Shown: positions 15,130-64,000 of the stretch, in pieces
Layout of the letters: every line of letters begins with the position of its first letter
Numbering within the stretch: the first letter of the stretch is position 1
Assembly (NCBI RefSeq): GCF_009914755.1
Contig: NC_060930.1
Source: the human T2T-CHM13v2.0 reference genome, Homo sapiens
Length of the DNA stretch: 64,000 nt
Strand: one strand, 5' to 3'
Notes under the pieces: model-generated
Told to the model about the DNA's origin: nothing
Database searches by the model: none
What the model saw: only the letters and a program-made list of their open reading frames with translations
Translations under genes and position numbers: made by a program

Positions 15130-15745
15130 ATGTGATTGTTAGCTGCATAAATGTCTTCTTTCGAGAAGTGTCTGTTCATGCCCTTTGCCCACTTTTTAAT
15201 GGGGTTGTTTGTTTTTTTTCTTGTGGAAAAGAAGTTCCTTGTAGATTCTGGATATTGGGCCTTTGTCAGGTGGATAGATTGCAAAATTTTTGTTTAAGTT
15301 CCTTGTAGATTCTTGGATATTGAATCTTTGTCAGAAGGATAGATTGCAAAAATTTTCTCCCTTTCTGTAGTTTGTCTGTTCACTCTGATGATAGTTTCAT
15401 TTGCTGTGCAGAAGCTCTTCAGTTTAATTAGATTCCACTTGTCATTTTTTGCTTTTGTTGCAATTGCTTTTGGTGTTTTTGTCATGAAATCTTTGTTTGT
15501 GCCTATGTCCTGAATGATATTGTCTAGATTTTCTTCTAAGGTTTTTATAGTTTTGGGTTTTACATCTAAGTCGTTAATCCATCTTCAGTTAATTTTTGTA
15601 TAAGGTGTAAGGAAGGGGTCCAGTTTCCATTTTCTGCCTGTGGCTAGCCAGTTTTCCCAGCACCATTTATTAAATAGGGAATACTTTCCCCATTGCTTGT
15701 TTTTGTCCAGTTTGTCAAAGATCAGATGGTAGTAGATGTGCAGTA
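15130..15745 (-). mobile_element. L1 ORF2 fragment with an internal ~63-bp tandem duplication; Alu 5' fragment adjacent at about 15058-15112
   Basis: [38 protein letters not shown] peptides. Confidence 0.9.
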
Positions 15746-15965
15746 TTTTTAAAATTAATTTCTGAAATGCAAAATGAAACAGAACAGGGAAGCAAAGGTT
15801 TATAACATAACTGATCAAAGCTTTTAGCAGGGTTGTTCAATCCATATTCAAACAATATAAGATGTCACAGAATTCTTGAAGACAGGTAAATTGAAATTAG
15901 TCAGTTCACTCTCATTATTTTTCTCCTTTGACTTAGCTTCACGTGGTCTAGAAATTCTCAAATAA

Positions 15966-16256
<291 letters not shown>

Positions 16257-17018
16257 GTTTTCTTTCCCATTCCAAGTACTTTCTGTCTTATTTACATACT
16301 CAAGAAATCCTCTTCACAGTTGTCCCTGTTTCTTTGTCCAAATGTCTTCTCAGGAATGCTTTCATTGGAAGTAGCTGCGTGTGGCTCAGTGTAAGCATGT
16401 GAGTGTGGGTGTGGGTATAATAACCATATTGACCTAAGCAGGCATCCAGCCTCAGATATCTTTTAGAACATTATCACCCATGGACTATCTTGGAATGATG
16501 GTCAGAATGGAGTTAGAAATGTAAAAAGAATTTAGGAAAGAGGCCAAAACAGAAAGAATGCTGACAGAAATCACCTGTACAGAGCAATGAGCCAACACTA
16601 TGAGGACAGGTCAAAATGCAAAGAAAGTAGAAAGTAGGGGCAGTGTAGTTGCAAAGCAGGTTGTGAGCATATCATAGAAATTATGGAAATAGATCATATC
16701 AAAGGGGGCAATGTCACAGAGTGGCAAAGGGAGCAAAGAGAATGCATAGACCACTGTCTCAGTACTTAGTGCTTGGGATATAGTAAGTGATCAATGCTTC
16801 CTGAATGAATGAAGGAAGGCTAGGTAGTGAGCCCTGAGAGAAGGCTGCTGCTGAGCATGTGACTTTGTAATACAGGGGGCTGTAACCAGGAAGTTGTAAA
16901 AGAGCATTTCAGGAAAAAAGCCTAATGAAAGCCAAATAGGAGAAAATAAGAGCTTTGTTTACTATCTCCAGAACCACAAGGGACTCAAGAACTAACATGA
17001 AATTTTAGAATGGGATGA

Positions 17019-17336
17019 GGCCGGGCGCGGTGGCTCACGCCTGTAATTCCAGCACTTTGGGAGGCCGAGGTGGGCGGATCATGAGGTCAGGAGTTCGAGA
17101 CCATCCTGGCTAACATGGTGAAACCCCGTCTCTACTAAAAATACAAAAATTAGCCAGGCGTGGTGGCGGGCGCCTGTAGTCCCAGCTACTCAGGAGGCTG
17201 AGGCAGGAGAATGGCGTGAACCTGGGAGGCGGAGCTTGAAGTGAGCCGAGATCGCACCACTGCACTCCGGCCTGGGCAACAGAGCGAGACTCTATCTCAA
17301 AAAATAAATAAATAAATAAGTAAAAATAAAATAAAA
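17019..17336 (+). mobile_element. Alu (Y-like)
   Basis: CCATCCTGGCTAAC, ATGGCGTGAACC, GAGCTTG; TSD AATGGGATGA. Confidence 0.95.
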
Positions 17337-17794
17337 TGGGATGAAAGATAGTTATCAAAGAAATATAAAGGCCAAATGAAACTATGCTTGGGTTGTTTGA
17401 TAAAATAAAATGTATGTGAGAAACCACGGTGGAGATGGGTTAAAATGTGGTGCAGGCAATTTTACAGTAGAGCATTAAGTGCTCTTTAATTTCCTTGGCA
17501 CTTGGTGCTTTCGTTTTTTGTTTTTATTTTTAACAAACTGAGGTACAGCTGAGAGCTCCAAGCTTGAATCAGAACTGTCCCTTTCTGTGAAAGGAGCTCC
17601 TTGCTTGTATCTTACTCAAACCAGTTTGTTTAACGTCAGCTGTTGATTTTCAATCAACATCTAAACTTCTGCAAATGAAACGTCATTGCCCAAGAGCCAA
17701 AATACATGCTGCAAAACCACTGCACAACATCTAACTTCCTCAAGCAAAACTTGGCAAATTTTAAATGTCCCATACTTTATGAAAAGGAAAAAGA

Positions 17795-18125
<331 letters not shown>

Positions 18126-18851
18126 TTATATGATTTGGACTATATACACAAATGCACGTTCATTACAGCTTTAAAATTGCCATCTTTGATGTCCCAATGC
18201 TGAACATAGGGAATATGTATGCTCTTCTCAAAATTAAATACAAAGTGTGGCTTAACTTCCATATTTCTTCTCTTAATACTAACCACGAGATTATAAAAGG
18301 AATCTTACTTTTCTAGTGTATTTTAGTAGAATTTTAAAATCAAATCCATAAGTAGGTTTATGACAATATGTAAAAACAAAAGATAAATGCTTCAATTGTG
18401 TTTTTTTATGTAAAAGTATTGAACTTAAAAATACTTTGGGAGATAAAAATCAGAAAATAAATCTGAAAATTCAAAATCAGTTCTTTAATTTTAAGAGTAT
18501 CTGAATTAAATGATCAATAACAAATATACTAGTTTACTTCAAGTAGCATGGAATATGTGTATTTTGTAAAAAGTCAACCAAATGCTGAAAATAGTGTAAC
18601 TTTTAACTGTCATGGTCTTTGTGTTATGAGATTTCTGCCTGTTAAATTACGCCATAGCCTTAAGGTGGGACAGCTGGGGCTATGAGTGCCCTGGGTCAGG
18701 TCTCCTTTGATATGAACTTGGAATAGCCATCAATTCTTCTAGCACTCAAAACTACGTTCACTGTAGAAATAAATGTCGACATTGCCTTTTGATTGGAAAG
18801 TAAATCTCCTGATAAACATTAGCACAGAAAACTAGGTGAATTCAAATAGTC

Positions 18852-18857
18852 TTTAAT
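18852..18857 (-). terminator. Candidate VNN2 poly(A) signal ATTAAA
   Basis: TTTAAT on +, about 410 nt after the stop, followed on the minus strand by a T/GT-rich stretch. Confidence 0.6.
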
Positions 18858-19266
18858 GTCAAAGGGAATTCAGTCATAAACCTCTAAATTCCCATCATTA
18901 CTATTCTCTTCAAGGGCACAGCTATGTTTGCAATGGCCCTGAAACTCCTCACTCCCATACATACAAGTCCCCCATACACACAAAGTCTCAAGCAAATGAG
19001 GCTGGAGCTGGAGTTTGATCTTCATTTATCTGACCCAAACACCCAGGCTCTTTCCATTGTTCCACACTGCAACATTTCAGAGTAGCCAAAAAAATGGACA
19101 ACATTATCATAATACTTAAAAAATAATTATTGATGAGAAAAAATATTTAGGACTCACTGGTCTATACTACTGAAATAGCCCTTCAAAGTTTCTTAGTAAA
19201 CTTGGGAAGCCGATAAACACATTCAGCCAAGCATATGATGCAGAAGCTGAGTGATAAAGAGACGCC

Positions 19267-32850
<13,584 letters not shown>

Positions 32851-32868
32851 GGCCAAGGTTTAGTGATT

Positions 32869-33331
<463 letters not shown>

Positions 33332-34103
33332 TACTTTATAATCTTAAGAACGCAATATATCTGACCACTTTTAAAGAAAGAAAAGTTGCAGTCCATTTAA
33401 GACAATCAGAAAGTATTACAGGGATTGAACAGCATGTACTATTAGTACTAAGATTTAATATTGAATTTCCAAAAGACACCCGAATTCAAATATAGAACAA
33501 TTCCAGCTTTTGTTAATAGAAACTCATAACTAACTCTCGTGTAAAAAAATCACATCCCAACAAATATCTCATTTATTAAATTTAAAAATTGACAACAATT
33601 TTTTTGGTTCTGTTGAGTCACTTACATTGTGTTTATTTTTAGACGGGGGGGAAAATATTAAATACTTACTACTAAGAAAATGTAACACAGGACAATATTG
33701 ATAACAAAATTTACCCAAATCTACACTCTGACTTACTTATTGCTATTAAGGACTGAAAACATGTGCTCCAGAAAAGCAGGATTTTGTGTCTGGTTTGTTC
33801 ACTGCTGTATAGTTAGTGCCTACAGCAACAATACCCCGAGGCACCTAGGCCAGAGGAGGAATCTCAGCTCAGGGGCCCCAGGCCTCAGGATACTCCGCTT
33901 CTTTCCTTCTTTCTCTCTTTCACCCTTCCCTCCCCATCCTCCCCCTACTTCTCCTTCTCCTCCTACTCCTTCTCCTCCTTCTTTTTCCTCCCTCCCCACC
34001 CCCTGCTTTGGAGGAAGATGCCAGGGAAGGGGAAGAGTCCAGGATTGGTGATAAAGATCATCTGTGTTGTAATAAGGAGAAGATGTAACTTACATTTTTG
34101 TTA

Positions 34104-36726
<2,623 letters not shown>

Positions 36727-38365
36727 TTAGAATAATGTTCAATTGGACTAGGTTTTAGGTCTTTAATTTTAAAAACCTCATTTTTTTCCCACTTTCTCAA
36801 GAGTAAGCATAGGGGTGTAGTTTCTGCTTTGCACCACTTCTTTGGACCTCTATTTCTCATCTAAAAGTTTAGGTAATCATACCTGCTCTATCTCCTAAAG
36901 ATATGTGAAAGTCCTCTGTAAGACTACAACGCAGATGACAATAATTAACAAAAGTGAGTGACTATTTAGTAATATAATATCCTGACTGCTTAATATTATT
37001 TCATTGTTAGGCCCACAGAACTACTGTTGTTCAATTCAAATTCTAGTCTATTTGGATGACCGTGCTGAAGAACTGCTGGAATGAAATGGGGTTGACAGGG
37101 TACCTGGGCATCAACTCCTGATTCGTGCTAAACCCAGCGTGGTAGAAAAACTGCAGTGGGGTAGCAAAGGTGAAACAAGAAAACCAAGGAACTCAACCCC
37201 AGGAAGGAGAGGAGCTGCTCCAGGCTCTGACACTGGCTACTGGACTTCCTGTTCTGTCCCTTCTCCTGAATGCAAAATGACAAGTGAACTGAGAAACAAA
37301 GAATGGGAAATATCATGTATTATTATCAATGACATTCTCACAGGCAGCAAGGGTGACACGTCAAAATAAGAATAAGAAGCAACAATAGGCAGAAAAGCCA
37401 GGCTCCAGTGTTAAAACTGTTCCTCTTAATACTGTATACCAAAAAAGTACAATACTGTATCCAAAAAAAGTACTTAATGGCAAAGAAAAACGTTTCTGTC
37501 TCTACACCATTGGAGTATTACATATGGCTTTAGTGAGACTGAGTCAGGCCCTGTAAAAGGCAAGGTTGCCTTGAAAAGAACCAGCTTGAACTTTAACCAT
37601 CTTTTGGGGCCAGGTCTCATTCAGATGAGGTAATCTTCCAGCTTTAGAGTTGGATGGGTGTTCAATGCTTCAGATAGCTAATGAACACAGCTGAAACCAG
37701 AGCAAATCTGAGAAGGTAATGATATATCACAGCCTTGGATTCTCTGAAAGCACTGCTAGATGGAAATGCTTGTGCAACATGAAATTGCCAATCATCACTG
37801 TTTTTGACCTAGCAAAAGTAATTTCACATGGTTCAACCAACATGTCTGTTTTCCTGTCTCAGAAACTTAGGGTTGAAGTTGCAGAAGTCCCTTTGAGTTA
37901 GTAGCATCCTCCCCTACTTTCCGACAGCTCCTGCTTCCTTAAAATAAAATATTAACAATATTAATCTCATAGGTCCACCCACTATGCCAGTCTATTAACC
38001 CTGCCAAAAGTTTCTTGCATTCACCAGCCGGTCCTTTTAAAAAATTAAAAATTCTCTTGACTGAATTAAAAGCTTTTGGTAAAGTCGGGATGACTGTCAC
38101 CACAGAAATAAATCCACAGGAACTGGATCCAAGTCACTCGTTGATTTATGTAGGCAGTTGGAGAGACATGCGTTTGAAAGGGTATGGTAAGAAAATATCA
38201 TGGAAATCGCAGACTTAAAAAAAAAAAAGATAGATTAAAAATAGAAAAGTTTATGTCTTATTGATCAATATGAGAATGTCACAGCAATCCACCAATAATG
38301 CCACTTGTTTATTTTCAGTGAGCAAGGAAGCAAAGAAAAAATAATGTTTGCAGCCCAAGGTAACT

Positions 38366-38492
38366 ACTTACAGCTTTAGTCAAGGGGGAGCCTTCCACTC
38401 CTCTGGATCTCAGCTGCTTTCCTTTCCAAGGCCTGTGCTCCTCCAGTCACCCCTGGTGACTTCCTGTTTTGATTTCACTTTCTGGGTGGGCC
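38366..38492 (-). promoter_or_regulatory. Candidate distal VNN2 promoter and non-coding first exon
   Basis: Consensus donor |GTAAGT at 38366-38371. Just upstream: ETS ACTTCCTG (38459-38466), IRF-E TTTCACTTTC (38473-38482), GT-box GGGTGGGC (38484-38491). Confidence 0.55.
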
Positions 38493-39547
38493 GTACCCTT
38501 TGAGATGACAGACAGGAGTCCCAGCAGCTGCTGGTTCAAGGATGCTGCATCTTCAGTCAGACACCAGGAGAAAGAGTGTCTATTTTATTCTAGCCTGGCA
38601 ATTCTGATTCCTGAGCTTTTCTTTCAAGGAGTTGTATGGGCCAGATGACACAGGCGAGGAGCATTGACACAATTTCTACTGAACCAAGCTCAGCAGAGGA
38701 ACCACAGCAATAGAATCAGGAGATTCTCTAGCCTACAAAGCCTAAGTCGACTCTCATATTCATGTCATAGTCTTTCTCTTTAGCACATTATTCTTTTACT
38801 GTAAGACAGATCCCACTCCAGACTGTCCTTCAAATTAGAGAGAACTAAATTGTGTATGGTCCTGCATCTAGTTATGGAGAGCTTTTTTCTCACTGTAAGT
38901 TATAAGGGTCATGGTGGTATCTAATAATAATTAACATGGACATGGACTCTGGGGCCAGAATGCCTGGGATTGAGCCACTTCCTAGCTATGTGACTATGAG
39001 CAAGTTTTGTGCCCTCTCTGTGCCTCAGTTTCCTCTATCTGCACAATGGTGATACGTGCTGAATAATTTTTGCTATTATTACTATTGCTTCATTCCTACA
39101 AGATGGAGGCCCTATTACAAGAGCCATGCCCAAGGCAGCTTTTACCCAGGGTTTGGTGACATAACCACCTGTCCTTGGTTACTGTCTTGTTAAAAGAATG
39201 TCAATGTGTCTACTTCTTTATGTTTGCATTGTTCTGTCTGTCTCCACAAAGTCTTTCAAGTTTCCTTTCTTCCAGGTCAACCTGATCTGAATGGTTTCTC
39301 CTAAAATTATGAACTTAAATTCTGTTTCTACTTGCTAATCTTGATGGCATTCCCTCCATTTGTACCACAGATTCTCTTTCTGATAAAAAGCTTTCACTCC
39401 ACCTATTTCATGCACCATTCTATTTTTTAAAAAACATGCTAAACAACCTGCTGTGTAACTGGATTACTCACACATTGCTGTTGGGAATGTAGGATGGTAC
39501 AGCCACTCTAGAAAACAGCTTGGCAGCTCTCTGAAAAGTGAATCATG

Positions 39548-41615
<2,068 letters not shown>

Positions 41616-42488
41616 CTAATCATGCAATTATCACGCAACTCAGCAGTTGTATTGCTGGGCATTTATTCCAGAGAAGTGAAGTCTTATGCTTCATATCCCA
41701 CCCTCTACCCTCGCCCCTGGCAAAAACAAACAAACAAACAAACAAAAAACCTGTTTCTGAAAGTTCATAGCTGCTTTATTTGTAACAAATAAAGTAGTAT
41801 TCCATTGTGTCTTAAAGCCACCCAATGGAATACTACTCAGCAATTTAAAGAACTGAACTATTGATACATGCAACAATGCCAATAGAACTCAAGGGCATTA
41901 TGCTGACTGAAAAAAGCCAATCCAAAAAGTTTCATACAATACGATTTCATTTATACGTTTCTTGAAATGACCAGATGATAGAAATGGAGAAGAGATTAGT
42001 GGCTGCCAGAAGTGAAGATGGGAGGGAAGTGGGTGTAGCTACAAAAAGACAACGTGAAGAATGTGGCGATGGGAATGTTCTGTATCCTGGTTGTGCTATT
42101 GTACTATAGTTCTGCAAGATGTTATCATTGGTGAAAACCAGGGAAAGAATACTCATGATCTTTTTCTATTATTTCTTACAACTGCATGTGAATTAACAAT
42201 TATCTCAAAATTTTTAAAGTTTAATTTTTAAAAATGATCTGTGATTTGTATTTAACCTTTTTAGTTTTCCTTTGGATTGATTTATGTATCATATTATAAT
42301 GTATAGGTTGCAATATGATCTTAACATAAAAGATTCCTTTTATTACTAACATATTCCACATTCAGTTATATAGAATATTCTCATTATTAAAAAGGTTCTT
42401 TTAAGCTGCTCAGCCTTGTTACATTTAGAAGACTATAAATATATAAAAATACAAACACATACACAGAGATTTCCTTTGATAGTTTTGA

Positions 42489-42854
<366 letters not shown>

Positions 42855-43589
42855 CACTTATCTTAATACTTGCAAAATTTCAAAATGAGAAAGGAGTAAA
42901 TTTGGTTTTGTACATAGCATCTTTAAATACACTGCTATCCAAGGGAAGTATTGAGAGCCGTGTGTTGGGAATGGGGATGAAGGAAGTTCTCTCCCCAGAG
43001 AGCCTCGAATCCTTGCGTTGACTTTGAATTCTCAACAATCAACTGTGCTGGTAACAGAATAGGCTGGCCCAGATAGTGGGTAGGAAGGTGCAAGCTGCAG
43101 ACTCATGCTTTAATAGTGGCCCCAAGTGACAGTGGCAGGGACTGCAGGCACTCAGCCGCATCCAAGACCACCGGGCTGAGGAAGGGCGGCTGTCCTTGCG
43201 TGGGTGGACATGAAGGTCAAAAAAGTCCTGGAGGGGGCCAGGATGACTTAAGGCAATCAAGGCCCAGATCTGCATGCCACATGGGTGCAGGGGGCCAGGG
43301 TCACACTCTGTCCTGGCACTGCTCCGGGAAGGGAATTGCAGGCCATTTGTCCTCCTCAGACATTGGATCGCCCTCTGGAGGTTCAAGAGTGAAAGGTTTG
43401 AGGGGATAGGGAAATGAAGAGATCACAAGACAGATGTACATCCAGTCTTGACACTCAATGCCAGGCAGTCTTCCAAAGCCATCCTCTCCTACCCTGGGTA
43501 TTGTCCTCCTTTTCCATATTTTTGGTTTTGGTGGTGTGCAATGACATCCCATGGTGGCTTGAACTTTTGCCACTTCAGGATCCGTTTTG

Positions 43590-44290
43590 CTCCTATTCCC
43601 CAATTCACTAAGAGTCACCACCATCCACCCACACCCTCAAGCCAAAACCTAGGAGTCCTCCTAGATTCCCCTCTCCTCCCTCCACATCAGCAAGTTCTGT
43701 TGGTTCCACTCCCAGATAGAGCCTTTTCTCTCCATCACAAGCTCCCTGGTCCAAACCATTATTGTCTCTCTCAAATCTTCCAAAGCTCCCCCTCCATTCC
43801 CTTTACCGTCCCTATCCCCACTCACTGTCCACATGCAGACAGAATGGACTTTCTGAAATGTGAATCAGATTCTGGCATCGCCTCCAGTTTACTAGACTCC
43901 AGCCAGCAGACCAAACCTCATCTTTGACCATGTCAAGCCCTTGTGCACATACTACGGACTGTCCCCTGTCAGAATGAATGGTGGTTACATCCTCTTCCTT
44001 TAGATCTCAACTCAAAGGTCGCACTTCCATGGACTTTTTCAAATTAGGCACCCATATCTAAACAAACCCAGCCAACTACTCTATCACATCACCATGTTTT
44101 TTTTTCCTTCTTAGCATTTCTGTAAGATAATTGGAGAGTCTGATATTTATTTATTGTTCGTCTCTTCCACCAGTATAAGTTACATAAAAGCAGAGATTGT
44201 GTTTATCTTGATCACAGCCAAATCCCTAGCATCTGGCATAGTGTCAGCTCAGAGAAGACATTCAAAAGATATTTTTGAATGAATAGATAA
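43590..44290 (+). mobile_element. L2 3' end fragment
   Basis: CAAAACCTAGGAGTCCTCC..., ends in TGAATGAAT-type tail. Confidence 0.75.
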
Positions 44291-44378
44291 AACCATTTCT
44301 TCTTTAAAAAAATTACTGTAAATGTGGCTACTACACCATGAAAATAGACCAAGAAGCATGAGAGTTACACAATAGACA

Positions 44379-44384
44379 TTTATT
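44379..44384 (-). terminator. SLC18B1 poly(A) signal AATAAA
   Basis: TTTATT on +, about 875 nt after the stop, with GT/T-rich downstream sequence on the minus strand. Confidence 0.75.
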
Positions 44385-45258
44385 CACTTCAACATCACAA
44401 TTTCACACGAAGTTGGAGGAAGCCCTTCCCTAACAAAACAAGCATTCGCATTAGGGGAAGGAGGCTGACCTGCTCTAGGGATGAAATACATCTACCAAGA
44501 TATAGATAAAAACAAAAACAAAACAGATGGTAGAGCCAAAAAACAGAGACATTAAAGGAAATGAAAAACGTTATACCAAGTAATGTTTATAAATCCAGAT
44601 CATAAGTGAACGTAGGTTACAAAAATGGAAGTTGTAAGTATTGTTATTCTTGTACTTTTCACACAAACAGAATTTTTAGAAAAGCTTAAGGTCAGGGAGT
44701 GCTAGAGAGTTTCTGTATGGCAGGCAAGAATTCTTCCTTTTGAACAAGACCGAAAAACCTCAGGACAAAGAGAAAGTATATCTTTTAAAAACTGATTTCA
44801 TAGTAATGTTTCTACATATTTTGAAGCACCTTTATGTATTTAGAGCATATCAAATTAATTCATTTCTTTCCCTGTTAATAAAAAAGGTACATTCACAGAA
44901 TCAGTGTACTTAGAATAAAAAATAAACAGAGGAAATAAGAACTAACTCGAGTTAATAACAACATCTTTAAGGACAAGTTTGGTCATTTAAAAACTAAGTC
45001 TTGTTTTGTTTTGCTTGTTTTTAATTACTCCTTTCATACTTAATATTTCAAATATAGCTGCTTCAGCAGGACAGCTTTTCAGTATCACAGTAAGTACAGC
45101 CCAATACAGGATCATCCAAAAACACGTTGACACTTCCAAGACACTGGCACGGGGTCCACGGAGTTTTGCGCGTAAAATTTTAAAAACCCTTCCTACGGTG
45201 ATGTTTAAGGCCAGGAGCATTCATTTCTCAACCTTGTATCAATCCAGGATCCATCGGA

Positions 45259-63897
<18,639 letters not shown>

Positions 63898-64000
63898 TCA
63901 GACTGAAACCTTCAAAAAAAAAAAAAAAAGGAATAAAGAAAGAAAATAAACGACCCTTCCAAAAAAATTTTAACCCCATTTCATTTAATATAACAGTTTT

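Noticed and set aside
43448-43927. 159-aa ORF
   Set aside because: Runs across L1 and L2 remnants, non-ATG start, no recognisable domain
45130-45180. CAGUGU in the SLC18B1 3' UTR as an iron-responsive element; nearby TTTTGCGCGTAAAA E2F-like near-palindrome
   Set aside because: Flanks cannot form the IRE 5-bp upper stem; an isolated motif in a 3' UTR is not evidence of function

Overview
Primate, almost certainly human, genomic DNA. The gene order matches the vanin cluster I recall at 6q23.2, and all three genes are on the minus strand. (1) VNN3/VNN3P coding exons 1-4 span 9659->1689, with a 1-nt deletion in exon 4 that gives a premature TGA and a 274-aa truncated frame; the downstream exons lie beyond the left edge. 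(2) VNN2 (GPI-80) is complete: 7 coding exons, 32850->19267, 520 codons, plus a candidate distal first exon/promoter near 38.4 kb. (3) The last 10 coding exons and 3' UTR of SLC18B1, an MFS vesicular polyamine transporter, span 62569->45259. Between VNN2 and SLC18B1 is a near full-length, + strand RBM11 processed pseudogene inserted in an old L1M. The background is about 40 Alus, L1/L2/MIR fragments, MaLR LTRs, a solo HERV-H-family LTR and a MER63. The most unusual structure is a ~350-bp direct duplication flanking a young Alu in SLC18B1. It copies a splice acceptor plus 51 nt of coding exon and looks like an Alu insertion that nicked inside the exon and was resolved against a neighbouring older Alu. 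Other highlights are 'fossil' features in the RBM11 retrocopy and a (GAA)20 tract 118 bp upstream of the VNN2 ATG. I found no evidence of a wholly new gene system. Most ORFs in the supplied track are Alu or L1 artefacts. Repeat subfamily names and boundaries are by eye and approximate.
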